A DNA stretch of 64,000 nt. Source: the human T2T-CHM13v2.0 reference genome, Homo sapiens. Shown piece by piece: positions 1-16,150 of the stretch. The notes beneath the pieces are model-generated. The model was not told where the DNA came from. It worked only from the letters and a program-made list of their open reading frames with translations, and did no database searches. The translations under genes and the position numbers were made by a program. Numbering within the stretch: the stretch's first letter is position 1; every line of letters begins with the position of its first letter. The DNA lies in assembly GCF_009914755.1 (NCBI RefSeq), contig NC_060927.1, one strand, 5' to 3'.

Positions 1-486
1 GCAGAAGCAAACTTTGGGAAGACTAAACCAAATTTTGAAAAAAAAAAGTCATGTCTATTGTAGGTAAAATGCTGTAAGACAGCATCGCATGCTATCTCAT
101 GAAAGGAAGAGTGAAGCTATGTGGCTAATTTCACTGTTGCTTCTTTTAAGAAATTGCTATAGCAACCCCAACCTTCAGCAAGTAACAACTCTATCAGTAG
201 GCAGCCATTAACATTAGAACAAGACCCTCCACCAGCAAAAAAATTACAACTTACTAAAGGCTAAAATGATCATTAGTACTTTTTAGCAATAAAGTATCTT
301 AAAATTAAAGCATGCACACTTTTTAGAAATAATGCTATTGCATACTTAATAGGACTACAGTATAGTGTAAATATAACTTTTATATGTACTGGGAAAACAA
401 AAACAAATGTGAGAATTGCTTCATTGCAATATTCACTTCATTGTAGTTGTGTGGAACTGAATTCACATATCTCTGAAGCATGCCTG
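1..486 (+). mobile_element. Tigger1 DNA transposon (TcMar-Tigger), 3' end; continues off the window's left edge
   Basis: Matches recalled Tigger1 3' consensus (aaacagcatcgcatgcta, caagaccctccaccagcaaaa, ttttagcaataaagta). Ends in the terminal repeat remnant atatctctgaagcatgcctg followed by the TA target dinucleotide at 487-488. Confidence 0.9.
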
Positions 487-625
487 TATATTTAGATATT
501 CAGGATTTTGTGGTAGTTATTAATAAGGTAGGTTAGATAAATTGGTCTTAGAATGTTGAACCATCTTTGGATACCTGAGAAAACCCTCCTTGATCTTTAT
601 TATCTGTTTATATGGTGTTGGGTTT

Positions 626-1102
626 TGTTCTAGTTTTCTATCGTCATGTAAAGAATCACAAACCTAGCAACTTAAAACAACATGGGTTCATTCTTTTACT
701 GTTTCTTTGGGTCATGGTCTAGATGCAGTGTTAACTAGGTTTCTTGATAAAGTGTCTCACAAATTTGGAATCTAGGTGTCAGTCAGACTACATTCTGTTC
801 TATAGCGTAGGCCTCTCTTTCATGCTCATTTTGCTATTGGCAGAATTCAATTCCTTATGGTTAGGCATATAAGGTTTTCGCATTCTTGCTATTTGTCAAA
901 AAGGGGACCCTCAGTTCCTGGCCATCTCCATACTTCTTGCAACATGGGTCTTTCATAGGTCTTCTCAGAATACAGCAGTTTCAGCAGTTTACTTCTTTTA
1001 GTAAGCATTTTTACTTGTATACATCCAGTATAGTATTTTTTTTTTAACTCAAAGTCAACTGCTTTCAAACCATTACATCTGCAAAATCTCTATGTCATGC
1101 AA
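626..1102 (-). mobile_element. MaLR LTR, MLT1E/F-like
   Basis: acaaacctagcaacttaaaacaacat ... gtctcacaaatttggaatctaggtgtc ... ttggcagaattcaattcctt resembles the reverse MLT1 consensus. Confidence 0.7.
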
Positions 1103-2857
1103 ATTGTTATTCTGTAGTTTACTTCCATTATAATGTCTTTGGTTTTGGTAGCAGTGTAATATTGGCCGTACATAATGAATTATGATTCAATATCCACTGT
1201 TCAGTGTTTGGTATATTTTGTAGTGTTTATATTATTTTTTAAATTAAGCATTTGGTAGAAATCACCACTGAAGCCATCAAAGGCGGGACTTTTGGTGCAA
1301 GATTTAAGTACGGTTTCAATTAATGTAATTGCTGTAAAGCTGTTAAAGTCTATCAGTTTGCTTCTGAGTAATCTGTCATCATTTTGGCTTTTCAATGAAG
1401 TTTTTTCATTTTTCCTAAATTATTTATTAGCATAAAGTTATTAATATTTCTATAATTTTAATATGTATAGAGCCTAGGAATGGGATCTCTTTCATTTCTG
1501 ATCTTGATAACTTGTTTTCTCTATATTTTTTCTTACTTTGTTTCATTTTAGGTACACTGATTTTACTATTTTGTTTTTTCAACAAACCGGCTTAAGTTTC
1601 ATTGATTTTCTCTGTTGTGCTGTTTTTCTGTTTTCCATTTCATTCATTTCTACTTTGATTTTTTCCACTTTATTTCTTGTACCCCCATTTTGCAACTAAT
1701 ATGCTCTTCTTTCTTACATTACAACTTGAGATTCCCGATTTGAGAGTTTTTTTTCAAATTTCGGGGTTCAGTGTTACAAATTTCCCCACTAAATATTGCT
1801 TTAGTGGCATGCCACAGTTTGCTGTGCTGTTTTCATTTTAATTCAATTCAAATGACTTTCTATCGTCCCTTGTGATTTTCCTTTGACTCATAAATTCTTT
1901 AGAAATGTGGTAGTTAATTTTCAAATATTTGGAGATTTGATTTCCAAATATTATTTTCTGTTAATGATTTATGATCTAATTCCTTTGTACTCAGAGAACA
2001 GACCTTTCATGACTTGAACATTTAAAATATACTGAGGCTTGCTAATGGCTAGAGTATGGGATATATTACTAAGTATTCCATGCCTACTTTAATAAAATAT
2101 ATTTTCTCTTGTGGTTTGGTAGAATGTTCTATAAATAGCAATTAGGTCACGATGGTTGATAGACTTGTTTAAATCTTCTCTATTCTTCCTAATTTTCATT
2201 CTAATTGTTTTGTCAGTTGTTAAGGAAAGTATTATCTGACAATAGCTGTAGAATTTTTAGTGTCGCTTTCAGTTTTTCTTCATGTATTTTGAATATCTCT
2301 AATTGGGTATACAAACATTTAGGATTATGCTGTATTCTTAATGAACTAAACTCTGTCATTATGACATTAATTTCTTTATCTTGCTAATATTCTTTTTTTC
2401 TGAAATTGACTTTGTCCGATATTAATAGAGCCACACCATTTGATTCACTTGATTAGTGTTTAGTTTAAAAATTTATATATGCTTTTCCATTATTTTTATT
2501 TTTATTTCATTTATTTTTCATTGATTATATTTGTATCATTTTTCTTGCTGGCAACATCCAGTTAGTTGGTTGTTGTTTTATATCCAATCATATAACTTCT
2601 ACTTTTTAATTGTGGTATTTATACCATTTTTCATATGATTACTGTTTGATTAGGTTTAAATTTTTCATCATACCGTTTGTTGTTATGTCTCATATGATCT
2701 TGCTTCTTCATATCCTCTTTATATTCCATCATTTGGGTAATTTGAGAATTTTTTATCCCTTGTTATTACAATATTTCCTTATGTATTAGCTATAACTCTT
2801 TGCTATTTTAGTAGTTATATTATTTATAGCATGCATCTTTAATTTATCACAGTCTAT

Positions 2858-2926
2858 TATCGGGCGAAATTCACCCCCGATATTTCAGCCAGTCCCTCCG
2901 TTCAGGGTCCCTGACTTCCCTCAACG
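2858..2926 (-). mobile_element. Internally deleted MER11 (HML-8) solo LTR, 69 bp
   Basis: Reverse complement reads cgttgagggaagtcagggaccctgaacggagggactggctgaa (MER11 5' end) fused to atatcgggggtgaatttcgcccgata (MER11 3' end). Flanks are gtctat (2852-2857) and gtctac (2927-2932). Confidence 0.85.
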
Positions 2927-3937
2927 GTCTACCTTAAAGTGATATTGAATTTTGGATGTAGATTAAGTTTACATAAATTATTTTTGTGTCCTCTCTGTTT
3001 TTTGTGTCATTGTCATGTTTATACGTTTTTGCTAACTATACACTACGTTATTATTATTTTTCTTTAAACAATACATTATATTTTGACAAAATGAACAAAT
3101 TGAATAAAATATCTATTTGCCTGCCTAGTTTCCATTTCACATTGTTCTGATTCTTTCACGAAAATCTATGTTTTCAACTGTTGTTTTTAATTTTCCCTGT
3201 GTCTGAAAGATATCTGAGTAACTTCTTTTATAGTGTGCTCTGCTAGTGATGAATCCTAAAAAATATATTTATTTTGCCTAATACTTGAAAGACTTCTTCT
3301 CTCCATAAAAAATAGATAGATGATAGTTGTATTATATTTTTTCAGTTCATTGAAGGTATTTCAACATGCTCTCTAATGTATTACTTCGAATAAGAAATTT
3401 ACTGTATTATTTATATTTTTATGTCTCTATATGTAACATTTCTTTTTTCTCTGGCTGTATTAAGACATTCTATTTATCACTGATTTTAATGAACTTTATT
3501 ATTATATACCTTGGTATGGTTTTCTTCACGTCTTGTGCCTGTGTGTATTTGATCTTCCTGGAGTGAGTTGTAATTTTTATTCTTTTTATAAAATGTGTCC
3601 ATAGTTATTTCTTTTTTTTTTTTTCTGTTTCCCCTTCTCTCTTCTCCTTTTTTACAACATTTACTACACATATATTAAGACACTTGATGTGGTCCTGCAA
3701 CTCACTGATGCTGTGTTCAATTTTATTAATTCTTTTTTTCTTTTTCTGTTAATTATGAAGACTTTCTATTACACTGCATTATGTCTTAAAGTCCACTGAT
3801 CTTGCTTTCTGCAAAGTCTAAAGTGTTCTTATTTTCATCGAGTGTTTTTTTTTTTACATGCACATCATAGTTTTATATCTCAACGGTCCATTTGGAAATT
3901 TTTGTATCGTTTATGTCTTTTTTTAACTGGACATTTG

Positions 3938-6435
<2,498 letters not shown>

Positions 6436-6665
6436 CTGCTGGTTTCTATTTACTGTGATGAAAGGGCGGGGACTGCAACTGCAGGCTGCCATGAGCACAG
6501 TGCTGGGAAGTTAATGGCTGGTGAAGGGCAGCATTGGGGCAGATAAAAGCTACATGATAAGGCACCCTCCTGTGCCCCAGGTCTAGACTCTTGCTTCGGC
6601 ACTTTTGCTTAAAACGGAGGGAAACATTGACGCCATTGCCATCTCTGCACCTCTCTTTCTCTTCC

Positions 6666-7510
6666 ATGTCATGTTTTAATTGAACATATGAAAATCAGTT
6701 TTAATAACTCTTTGTATCCTTGTCTGGTAAATCTAACATTTATGCCAAGTCTATGTCAGTTTCACTTGATTAGTTTATTGCCGTATTGTAAGTCACAGTT
6801 TTTTGCTTTTTAGAACTTTTGATGGGATGGTAGATATCATGAATTTTGCTTTGTTGCCTGGTAGACATTTTTTATTTCTCTATTCTTGAGCTTTCAACTG
6901 TGATGTAGTAAGGTTACCTGGAGCAAAATTGAAAGCCGAGTCTTGGTTTTTAAGGTTTTATGGATACTAATGGAATAGTCCTGAGTCTAGGGCTTATTGT
7001 TTCTCACTGCTGAGAAAACACCCTATGAATGTAGAGCTTTTCCAGTCTGACTTATAGAAAAAGGCACTATATCTAACTCTACATCAGCAATGAACACAGC
7101 TATTACTAATCCTTTTGGGTAGTTTAATACCAAATCAGGAGTGGTTTTCCCTCAGGTATGTGCAGATATGCACTCATTTAATGTTCCAAGGACAACTTCT
7201 GCACATCTCCAAACGTTTCTCATTGTGCTTCAATGACTTGATCACTCTGGACTTTCAATTTTATTTCCTCAAATCAGGGAAACTGTTAGTCTCCTCTTGG
7301 AATTTTCCTTCCTGTGCTGTTTCCTGAAAACAAACAAACAAACAAAAAAAAAAACAAAAAAAAACAACATTTAAAGGCAGTAAGTCAAGGTAATTGCTGG
7401 ACTGAATTCAATTGTTTCTCTTCTCTCAGGAATTGCTTTCTTTCACTGTCTGATGAAGTTATTTGTAAGTTATTGTTTCATACACTTTGTCCTTTTTGTT
7501 TGTTTTATCA
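6666..7510 (-). mobile_element. Old L1M 5' region, probably the continuation of the 489-3937 element
   Basis: Motifs ttcctcaaatcagggaaactg, aaggcagtaagtcaaggtaattg and tgtttctcttctctcagg resemble L1MC/MD/ME 5' ends. Confidence 0.6.
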
Positions 7511-8549
7511 AGTCATTTTAATAGTTTACTTGTCTCCACAAATAAACATGTACAGCACCATAATAGAATAAATTAACTAGTTTTTTTATAAGCTACAATT
7601 ATAAGCTACAAATATAAATTCATTAGTTTATTTAAGAAATTAATCTTAAATATTTAATTTTTTGTTAAAATATTGTTTAAAAATGTCTCATTTTATATAC
7701 CTATTTGTAATGCCACAGAAAACTTCTAATCACAAAAGAAATATCAAGTCATGATTACTTTCCCAGAAATATTAGAATATTATTGTTAATTAGCTGTTAT
7801 GTCTATTTTCCAATTACAGTCGAAATGGAGTAAAAGAATCTCAATACTTAATTAAGCCTACTCAAGTTCACAAATGTAAATTTCCATTTTTTTCCATAGT
7901 TTTGAGTAGGAATACTGAAAAACTATACAATGCAACTAGATGTTCTTTGTACTTTATATGTAATGAGGATTTTGTTTAGTATTTGCTAAACTTAATAATT
8001 TTAAGAAAATATTATTTCATCATTCTGATTGCTTTCAGAAATCATACTAATAATCTCAACATATCTTCTTTAGAAATAATTTTGAAATTATACATATGAA
8101 TCCTAAATAATTAGGGATAGAAATCAATACTGAGGAAGTCCTACTTTTTTTATTTTGACATTAAAATAATATCTGGGCCACTGGGTATTTTAGTGTGTTC
8201 TCAGTAGCAAAATCATCCCATGTACTGTATAAATCACTTTCAAGGAAAGCAAATTCAAAAGTTTGATCACACATATCACATTTGACTGAGCAGTGAATAT
8301 TCCTTTTGTCCACACTAAAAGGTTAATGCTTGCAGTAGTACTGTAGAGCTATATACTGTTTCTCCACTTCTCCATTCTTGACAAGCTATTGAGGATCATA
8401 ATGATACACAAGCCAGCCAGCATCTCAGTACTCAGATGATTTCACCTTTCTTTCATTCCACACATTTCGTAATGTATTTATCACCTTGATTTATCACAAG
8501 CAATCTTACACTGAAACATTCTTTTGTTCTTTTCTGATGTTGCTTTCTC

Positions 8550-8950
8550 CTGAGCTACAGTGAGGATTTGGTGTCAGCCAAATATTTAAAGGGAGTATAT
8601 AGATATATTTTAGGGCTTCTCTCACCATATGACTTTCTCCTTTCTGGGATCTCTCTCTTCAATTTCCAGCTACGCTGACAGCCTTAATTGACATCTTATG
8701 ATATATCTAGTCAATAAAATAGTAGCTTTCTGCTTGAGTTTAATGGCCTCGGGGAAAAAAACATATAAATGTAAATCTCACTCAATGAGTCGAGGTTTCT
8801 TTTTTCAAAGGTTAAGTCATCTACAAGTTTTGGTCCTCTACCATGATACTAAATATTTGTTTGTATAAATATACAGTTTTTTTGAGCTTGTCATTGCTGC
8901 TGCAGTGTTATTCCATTATAACTCACTCCACTATCACCTAATCTGGAACA
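8550..8950 (-). mobile_element. Very old L1ME-like 5' fragment
   Basis: tttctcctttctgggatctctctcttcaatttccagc ... agctttctgcttgagttt ... aaatgtaaatctcactca resembles old L1 5' regions. Confidence 0.4.
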
Positions 8951-10214
8951 CTTAGAATTATTTATATTTAATTCTTTTACATGGGATATTTTATTTCTTT
9001 AGGCCTGAAATAACATATTGTAAGGAATTTTTATGAGGTTATTTGTTTGCAGCCTAAAGATGTTTCAACAGTGTCTGAATTGTCTATACAATTTAGAGCT
9101 GTTATATAGGCTATTTTTTATGCAAAATTGGATAAGCATATAGAATTTTAATGAGCTTCAATCATTTTCAAAATTATCTATTTCTTAAGCAATGAAGTCG
9201 TTTAAAACGTTGTGATTAGAGAAGATGAATTCTAAGGGAAAATAATGTAAGGGATTATGATATGTGAAAGCTGCCTGAAAACAAGAATTAATTATCTGCT
9301 GAATAAAAAGACGTATGTCCTCCAAAACCCTTTATTTGATTTATGCAAATTAGTTTTATATCACATCTGAGTGAAGGTTTGTAATGATTTACCTTAACAA
9401 TGAATGGTCTTAATGCTAAAGGTGGACAGCTAAACAGGAGAAACACCATTATTAATATGTACAATAAAGGCTACGTTGTCAATAGAAGTTGTGAACTAGA
9501 AATGAGCCCAGTACCAAACTCCTACCTGACTACAGAAAAACTCTTGTTGTGGAGCAGTGGGGAAAGAAATTATTTTCTGAAGGTTTGTGCTATAAGCTTC
9601 CCCTAAGAATATGCAGAAACATTTGCATCACTGATATGACCGAAAAATCCAAAATGATATCTTTAACTCCAAGTGTATCATATGTGCTCCCCCAAAAGTG
9701 AAACAGTTATAATTATCAAAATCAACTTCCAGAATGCAAATATGTCACAACCTGGCCCTGAGCCATATTCTATTTAAAAATGGCATTTATCTGTATCCTC
9801 AACTCTATAACCTGAACTCCCAGATGGGTTTGGCAAGCAGTGTCAAGAGTTACATACTAATTCAATACTAGCAAAGGGAATATAATGAGCTGTGATTAGG
9901 AATCATTGATACATTTCTATCATTCTCATTTTTTTTATTTAAAGCATGAATCAGTTTTAAAAAAGCAATTTCACACAAATGAAACTGAACTTCAGTAGAG
10001 GTTAATATTTTATTGCCAGTCCATCACTGACATAAGTTAGCAAAGGCAAAGTTTGCATGGTTTTTCTTTAGAGCTTGTGGATATAGTTCATACACAAATT
10101 CTATTCAATGGGTTACCATACCACAAGTAGTAATAACTAAAAGGGGTTCTATTCTCCCATAAATATTTTATAATTTATGAAGAATAACAAAATAGTCATT
10201 TGTTCAGCTTACCT

Positions 10215-12180
10215 TTTGTGTTTATTCTGTTTATCAATGCTATTTAGGTAATGCAATAACATAAGGCAAGAAAAATAAAGCAAAAGGCCTTAAGAAAAGC
10301 ATTTCAATTTTTTTATAGATGATATGATCTTTTATATAAGAATTAGTATAGGATCTCCAAAATGCTGCTAGAACCAATAAGTGAATTTAACAATGTGCAG
10401 GATATAAGATCAATACACAGGATCAATTTTATATCCATATATTCACAAAAAACAATTGCAAAATGATTTTAGTAAGCTAATATAACATAATAGCATATAC
10501 ATATCTTAAAATGGATCTATAAAAATTGTGCAAATCTTTTACACAGTACACTACAATGTAGAGCTAAGGAAATATTAAAAAGATTTAAATAAAAGTAGAT
10601 ATGTAATACATTCAGAAATTATGACTGTATTTTATGATATTCATTCTGCATAAATTAATACATAGTTTCAACACAACTGCATTCAGAATGCACGCAAGTG
10701 TTTGAAAAACTGGAAAGGCAGCCCCTAAGCTTTCATGGGAATGCAAAAAATCTAGAAATACCAAGATTCTTAAGAAAAGATTAACAAAGTGAAATGACCT
10801 AAAATTACTGTTGCCTAGTTTTGCTTTAAGGGTTACACAGTCAAGATAGTGTTGCATTCACATAAAAATAACAAATAGATCAGTAGAACATAATCAATAA
10901 TGCAGAATTAGACCTATACATATGTATTCAGTTGAGTTTTTACACACATGTATTTATTTTGATTGATACCTTTTACCCACTTTTCATGTCAAATAAATGG
11001 TAAAAAAAAAAATATTTTGAACCATTGGCACTGATGACAGTCAAATATTTTCATAGAAAAGCGAGACATGCCACTCACCTCATTCTGTACATTAAAAAAT
11101 AATTCGAGACAATTATAGAATACAGAAACACAAATATTTTAGCATAAAAAACATAAAAATATCTTAATGACTTTGGGTTAATTAAAGTTTTTTTAGATGG
11201 TATATAGTAAGCAGTAATCATTTTTTTAAAAAGACAAATTATCATAATATAAAATGTATTTACTATTAAAAATACATCATTAAGAAATTGATTATGTAAG
11301 TCACAGACTTTACGAAAATATTTGCCATAACATATATCTGTTAAAGAACTAACACTCGGATTTTAAGATATTCATACACATCTGCAACTGAAAGAAAAAC
11401 TAACAAAAATTGGCAAAAATATGACACACAATTTGCAAAAAAATTAAGAATGTCGAATAAACACAGGAAAATATGTTAAATATTATTATTCATTTTGAAA
11501 ATGCAAATGAAACCCACATTAAGAGGTTATTTCATACATTCTAAAATAGCTACAACCAAAAGTACTTATGTTACCACATGCTGGCAAATATTGACATAAT
11601 TAGAACCCTTAAACATTGCTGGTGGGAGAATAGTTATATAACCACCTTTTAGAAAACTGTTTTAATTAATGCTAAATATACATCTAGCTTATAACATTGC
11701 AAATTAACATGTAGATACTTAACCATTAAATTACCAAAAGGTCACAAAAATATTTGTACATATATATTCATAAGAATCTATAGTTGAACAAAACCCAAAT
11801 GTTCACAACAAAAAGCATAATCACGTTAAAATTTATTCATGGTATTGAGTAATATTTTGCTATGAAAAAACAAATTATTGATAAAACATCATAGATGAAT
11901 CTAAAAGACAGTATTTTAAACAAAAGGAACCACAAACACTGATAGTTTATTCACATTAGCAGGCAAATCTAATCAATAATGATAACAACCAGAACGCAGC
12001 TGACTCAGAGAAAGACAAAAATGAATGGTAAGGAACTTGTGTGAATTTTCTGGAGTGATGGAAATGTTCTATGTGTAATTTTTGGCTGTATACACACGGG
12101 TGCATACAATTGTCTAACTTATCACACGAAACATTTCTGTATAGTTTGTTGTATACATTATTATAAATTCATTTAAAAAT
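10215..12180 (+). mobile_element. L1ME/MD-type 3' half (degenerate ORF2 + 3'UTR)
   Basis: gcaataacataaggcaagaaaaa, ctagaaccaataagtgaatttaacaa, aaatgcaaatgaaacccaca, cattgctggtgggaga, ttctggagtgatggaaatgttctat. Confidence 0.8.
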
Positions 12181-14159
12181 GATCAAATAATTGTTTTAGA
12201 AACCTAAGTTTACACCACAATTATTAGAGCATGCAAAAAATCTTACACCAGTGTGCTGAAGTTCTTATTCTTACATAAGTAGATGGTTTAAGTTTGTTGT
12301 TATTCATATTCAGTAGAATGTTTGGGGTAGTAAATGAGACTTGTTTGAGACTTATTTTTCTGAAGAAAAATAACAAGCATATGCTAGTACTTCAAAAGTC
12401 TGAATATCTGAAACTCTGTGCAGTGTTTTTGTTATCATTCAGGTTTAGATTTTTTTCTTCCCCCTAACAAAAGAAAGCTTGAGGTAAAAAAAAAAAAAAA
12501 AGTTCCTGATACTCCGTGGAGAAGTGGTGTTTGTATTCTCTGTTCAGTTTGCAAAGTCATATATCCATACTTCTTGTTGAATTTCTTTTATTTTTCCATA
12601 ACTGCTGACCTTTTCTAGAAAAAAAAACAGCTGATAGCTTTGAATGAAAGATATATAGACTGGCATTTACATCATGTCCATCATTCGTTAAATGAATTTT
12701 TATTCTGGACACTACATTAGGCTCTAAAATAAAAAAGCAATCAGGATAGTTTTTATTATATCACATAGGTAAAAACTAACTAGCCGTAATATTTTGCCCC
12801 AACTTTCTATTCTTTTAGCTAAGATGATCTTTTCTGGCTCATTTACTAACTATATTTTTATTATTTCAAGAGGTTCAAATACAGTCTCTTCTCATTTTAA
12901 AACCTGACTATACTGTCTCATCTCCACTTTAAATTCCCATCAAATAATTAAACATAATAGCCTGCGTACCTTCTTGATGGTTCACCTCATTTTTGTTCTC
13001 TGGGCATCTTTCCACTGTCTTTCTATTTCATTATCTGTACCTGGGGCATTTCGTTCTCTATCCATCTGTTTAGCTCTCTAAGTCTTCCCTCCAGGATTGA
13101 TCCTACCACAAAATTAAACTGTACCACCATCTGTTTCTCACAGGTAAACAATAGAACATATAACATTGGATATACCACTAAATGTCTATTAGTTATTCTA
13201 ATTTTATAAGACCACATAGAGAAAACCCCCACACAAAAGAAAACTATTAATTCTCATATCATTAATTGCACAAGACTAAATTATCTCTTATAGTTTTAAA
13301 TATGCACAGTTTTCCCAATCATAGTTTTATTACCAATATGTTTTGTTCAGGTTATAGAAGGTCTGACTTCATGTTATAAAGGTGTAATTATTTTCTAAGA
13401 AATGTCATGATTATCAGTAAAACTGCTTTAAAATTAAATTTTGAGTCATTTAATAAAACACTATTTTGAGTTAGTGTTCTTATTTCCAAGAAGACTATAC
13501 ATGCACACAATTTGTCCTCCTAATTGCCAAAACTGCATCTCATCTAGTAAGGCATATATTTTATTAAAGTTCACAATATGAGATTAATAAAATTAAATCA
13601 TTTTAGAATTAGTCATAGAAATATGTAGCTAAATAAGTGTGCAGGACATATATCATATATCCCCCAAATAAAAAATAAGCTAATATAAGAAAACTAGTCT
13701 CAAAATTAGAAGTAAAATTCATTTTGTTTGCTATTTTTCAAGGGGTTAATCATTTCCAAATTAAAAAAAAAATGTATGACAGCTCTGAGCAATCTTTTAA
13801 ATCCTCTTTATCAGATGGATAAAAATGTATGTACCACCACCAAGTATCTATGCATCTCCACAACAATCAATGTTACAGTTATATACAATCTAAATGTGGA
13901 AAGAAAATTACAAATTGTTATGATTCATACGAAATAAGCTGTTTCTTCTTCATGTGATTTTCCCTTCTTTCTGAAATAAGCGCAGTTTTTTAACCTTGTT
14001 TCCAATGGACAGATTTGTGTGATTTTGATGATGAAAGAAACTGATTTGCTCTTCCAATAATACATTCAATTGATCTCTATTGACATATTTTGGCCACATA
14101 ATAAGACGTTTGGTATGCAATATTCGACATGTTCCCTGCCCCCTCTGGATCTTACAGTA

Positions 14160-14480
14160 TAGCACTCATTCACCAGTGTGAGCACTTATATTAAGCAAGA
14201 AATGTTTTACGCACTAGGGGCATAGTCATAAACAATCAATTTTGTCTTTGTCTTTAGATATTAGGAAAAGTACAACGTGTACTATAAAAGTGAAAGTACT
14301 GAAGGTTAGATAAATATATAGCATATCATTGTAGGGATTCAGAAATGCCACATAAAAGAAAATTTAATATTGAGGGATGAATAATGACAATCTTAAAATA
14401 TTTTAAAAATAGGTGAAGGAGCTAAGTAGAACAAAAAACATAGAGAAAGAGAAAAGAAAGAGCCTGGAATATCACAGAAT
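14160..14480 (-). mobile_element. L2 3' fragment (contains copy 1 of the 167-bp duplication)
   Basis: cactcattcaccagtgtgagcacttatatt...cactaggggcatagtcataaacaa resembles the antisense L2 3' end. Confidence 0.45.
14255..14421 (+). repeat. 167-bp direct repeat, copy 1
   Basis: Aligns without gaps to 18341-18507 with about 15 mismatches by hand count. Confidence 0.95.
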
Positions 14481-16150
14481 TTAGACTTAATTTCATATGA
14501 TATTGATAGTTATTAACTGCTGATTTTTGAACCGACTCCCCTCTGGTATTTTCTTCACAGGTTACATTCTGGTGCTGCAAGCATGGATTATGCAGACTCG
14601 AGAGAAAACCAGCATCTCATTTATCCTGGTCCTTTTCATTGTTTTCCAGTTACTACAATCATGCTCAGCTTGTCATTCGATAGTATAAGAATGATTATTA
14701 TTAAGCAATATGTAAAAAGAAATATGTTACCTTATATATTGATATAATTCAATTAATATGATTTGCATTAAATTGTAAAAATTTAACAAAGAAACCCCAA
14801 ATATTTTAGGAGATATAAACTTGCACTTTTAAAGTTTCAATATGCAAGCCAAAAAATCACAACAGTAAAGACAGGCAACATAAAATGAAAATTCTAAAGG
14901 ATAACCTGAAATACACTCTGTAAGAAAAGTATTGACAAAGTGAAAATTAGACTATTTAGAAAGTATTCATACATAGTTTAATTTCTACCATTCCCCTTTC
15001 ATAGTAGTTTTTTAATATTATTAAGTGTTGGTGAAAATAATATGTGCTTTTTAATGTGATTTTATTGACTGTTTCTATTACTGTAAAATAGGATGTGAGC
15101 TAAAGTTGCAAACAGCCTTTGCATGATTTACTGTAAAACAGTTTTTCCACTGCTGCAGGCACTGTAGTGCAAGTCTTTTTACTGGGGCATTGGCTAAGAA
15201 ATCTGAAAACTCACATGAAATACATATTTCAGAATATTGATGGAGACCAAAACAAGTTGTTTTTAAAACTTTTCTTTTAAATTAATGAATGAATGAATTT
15301 GAAATGTGTGTTGATCTCCTTAAATGTGATTTTTCTTGACAGGTAATGTCATATCAGCAAGAACAGTTCAATGTTATTCAACAGCATGCACTTATGGAGT
15401 ATTTACTCTGTCAGAATATGCAGATATAGCATAGGCTACAGGGAGAAACTGACTTCAAAACTGATAACTTACTGTATCTCATGTGAATATTCTGATCCAA
15501 GTTCTGTGAAGTGAGGAATGGCAGTGTTTAATTTAGATCTTTGTATCCAGAAAAAAATATCACGGAAGGACAGGCAGATGGGCATACTAAACATAAACAT
15601 GTTTTCAAGATGCGAAAACACCTGCATAAAACGGAAAAAAAGTTTTGTTTACAAAGCAAATGAATACCTACATATAACTGAAGGTTTAATTTTTGAAAAG
15701 TATTTTATTAATATCTATCATTAGTTCTTAAAAATTATATTTTGAATCCTCTTTTTGAATCTGATCAAAGCTATAGACCTCTCTGAGCTAAACCTGAACT
15801 TTTTCATCCTTTCCACATAAAATAATACCTGTTTGGTTCAAACCGTGGTGAACGATGAAAATCAACAGTTCACAGCCTTTTCCTATTCTTGTTCAGATAA
15901 GAACCTCAAGAACCCCACCAACCTGACTTACTTGTTCAGAGTATTTGTCAGTAGCTTTTGTCTGTAGTATTTGTATAAATATTAATTTTTCATCATAAAT
16001 GATTTAGTTTGATAATTTATATATTTTTTCTTTAATATATTATGTAACTTTACTCTGTTTTCTTTATAAATTCATTTCTGTAGGCCATTGCTCAAGATAT
16101 TGTAGTTTAATCCCTAAATTATTGTTTAGTTCCTTATGTATGTACCTACC

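Larger units (their letters stand above)
489..3937 (-). mobile_element. Old L1M (L1MC/MD-like) ORF2/ORF1 region, interrupted by MLT1 and mini-MER11
   Basis: T-rich antisense L1 motifs: atgttgaaccatctttggatacctg, catttggtagaaatcaccactgaagccatc, tggtagaatgttctataaata, ctttgtccgatattaatagagccacacca. Confidence 0.75.
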
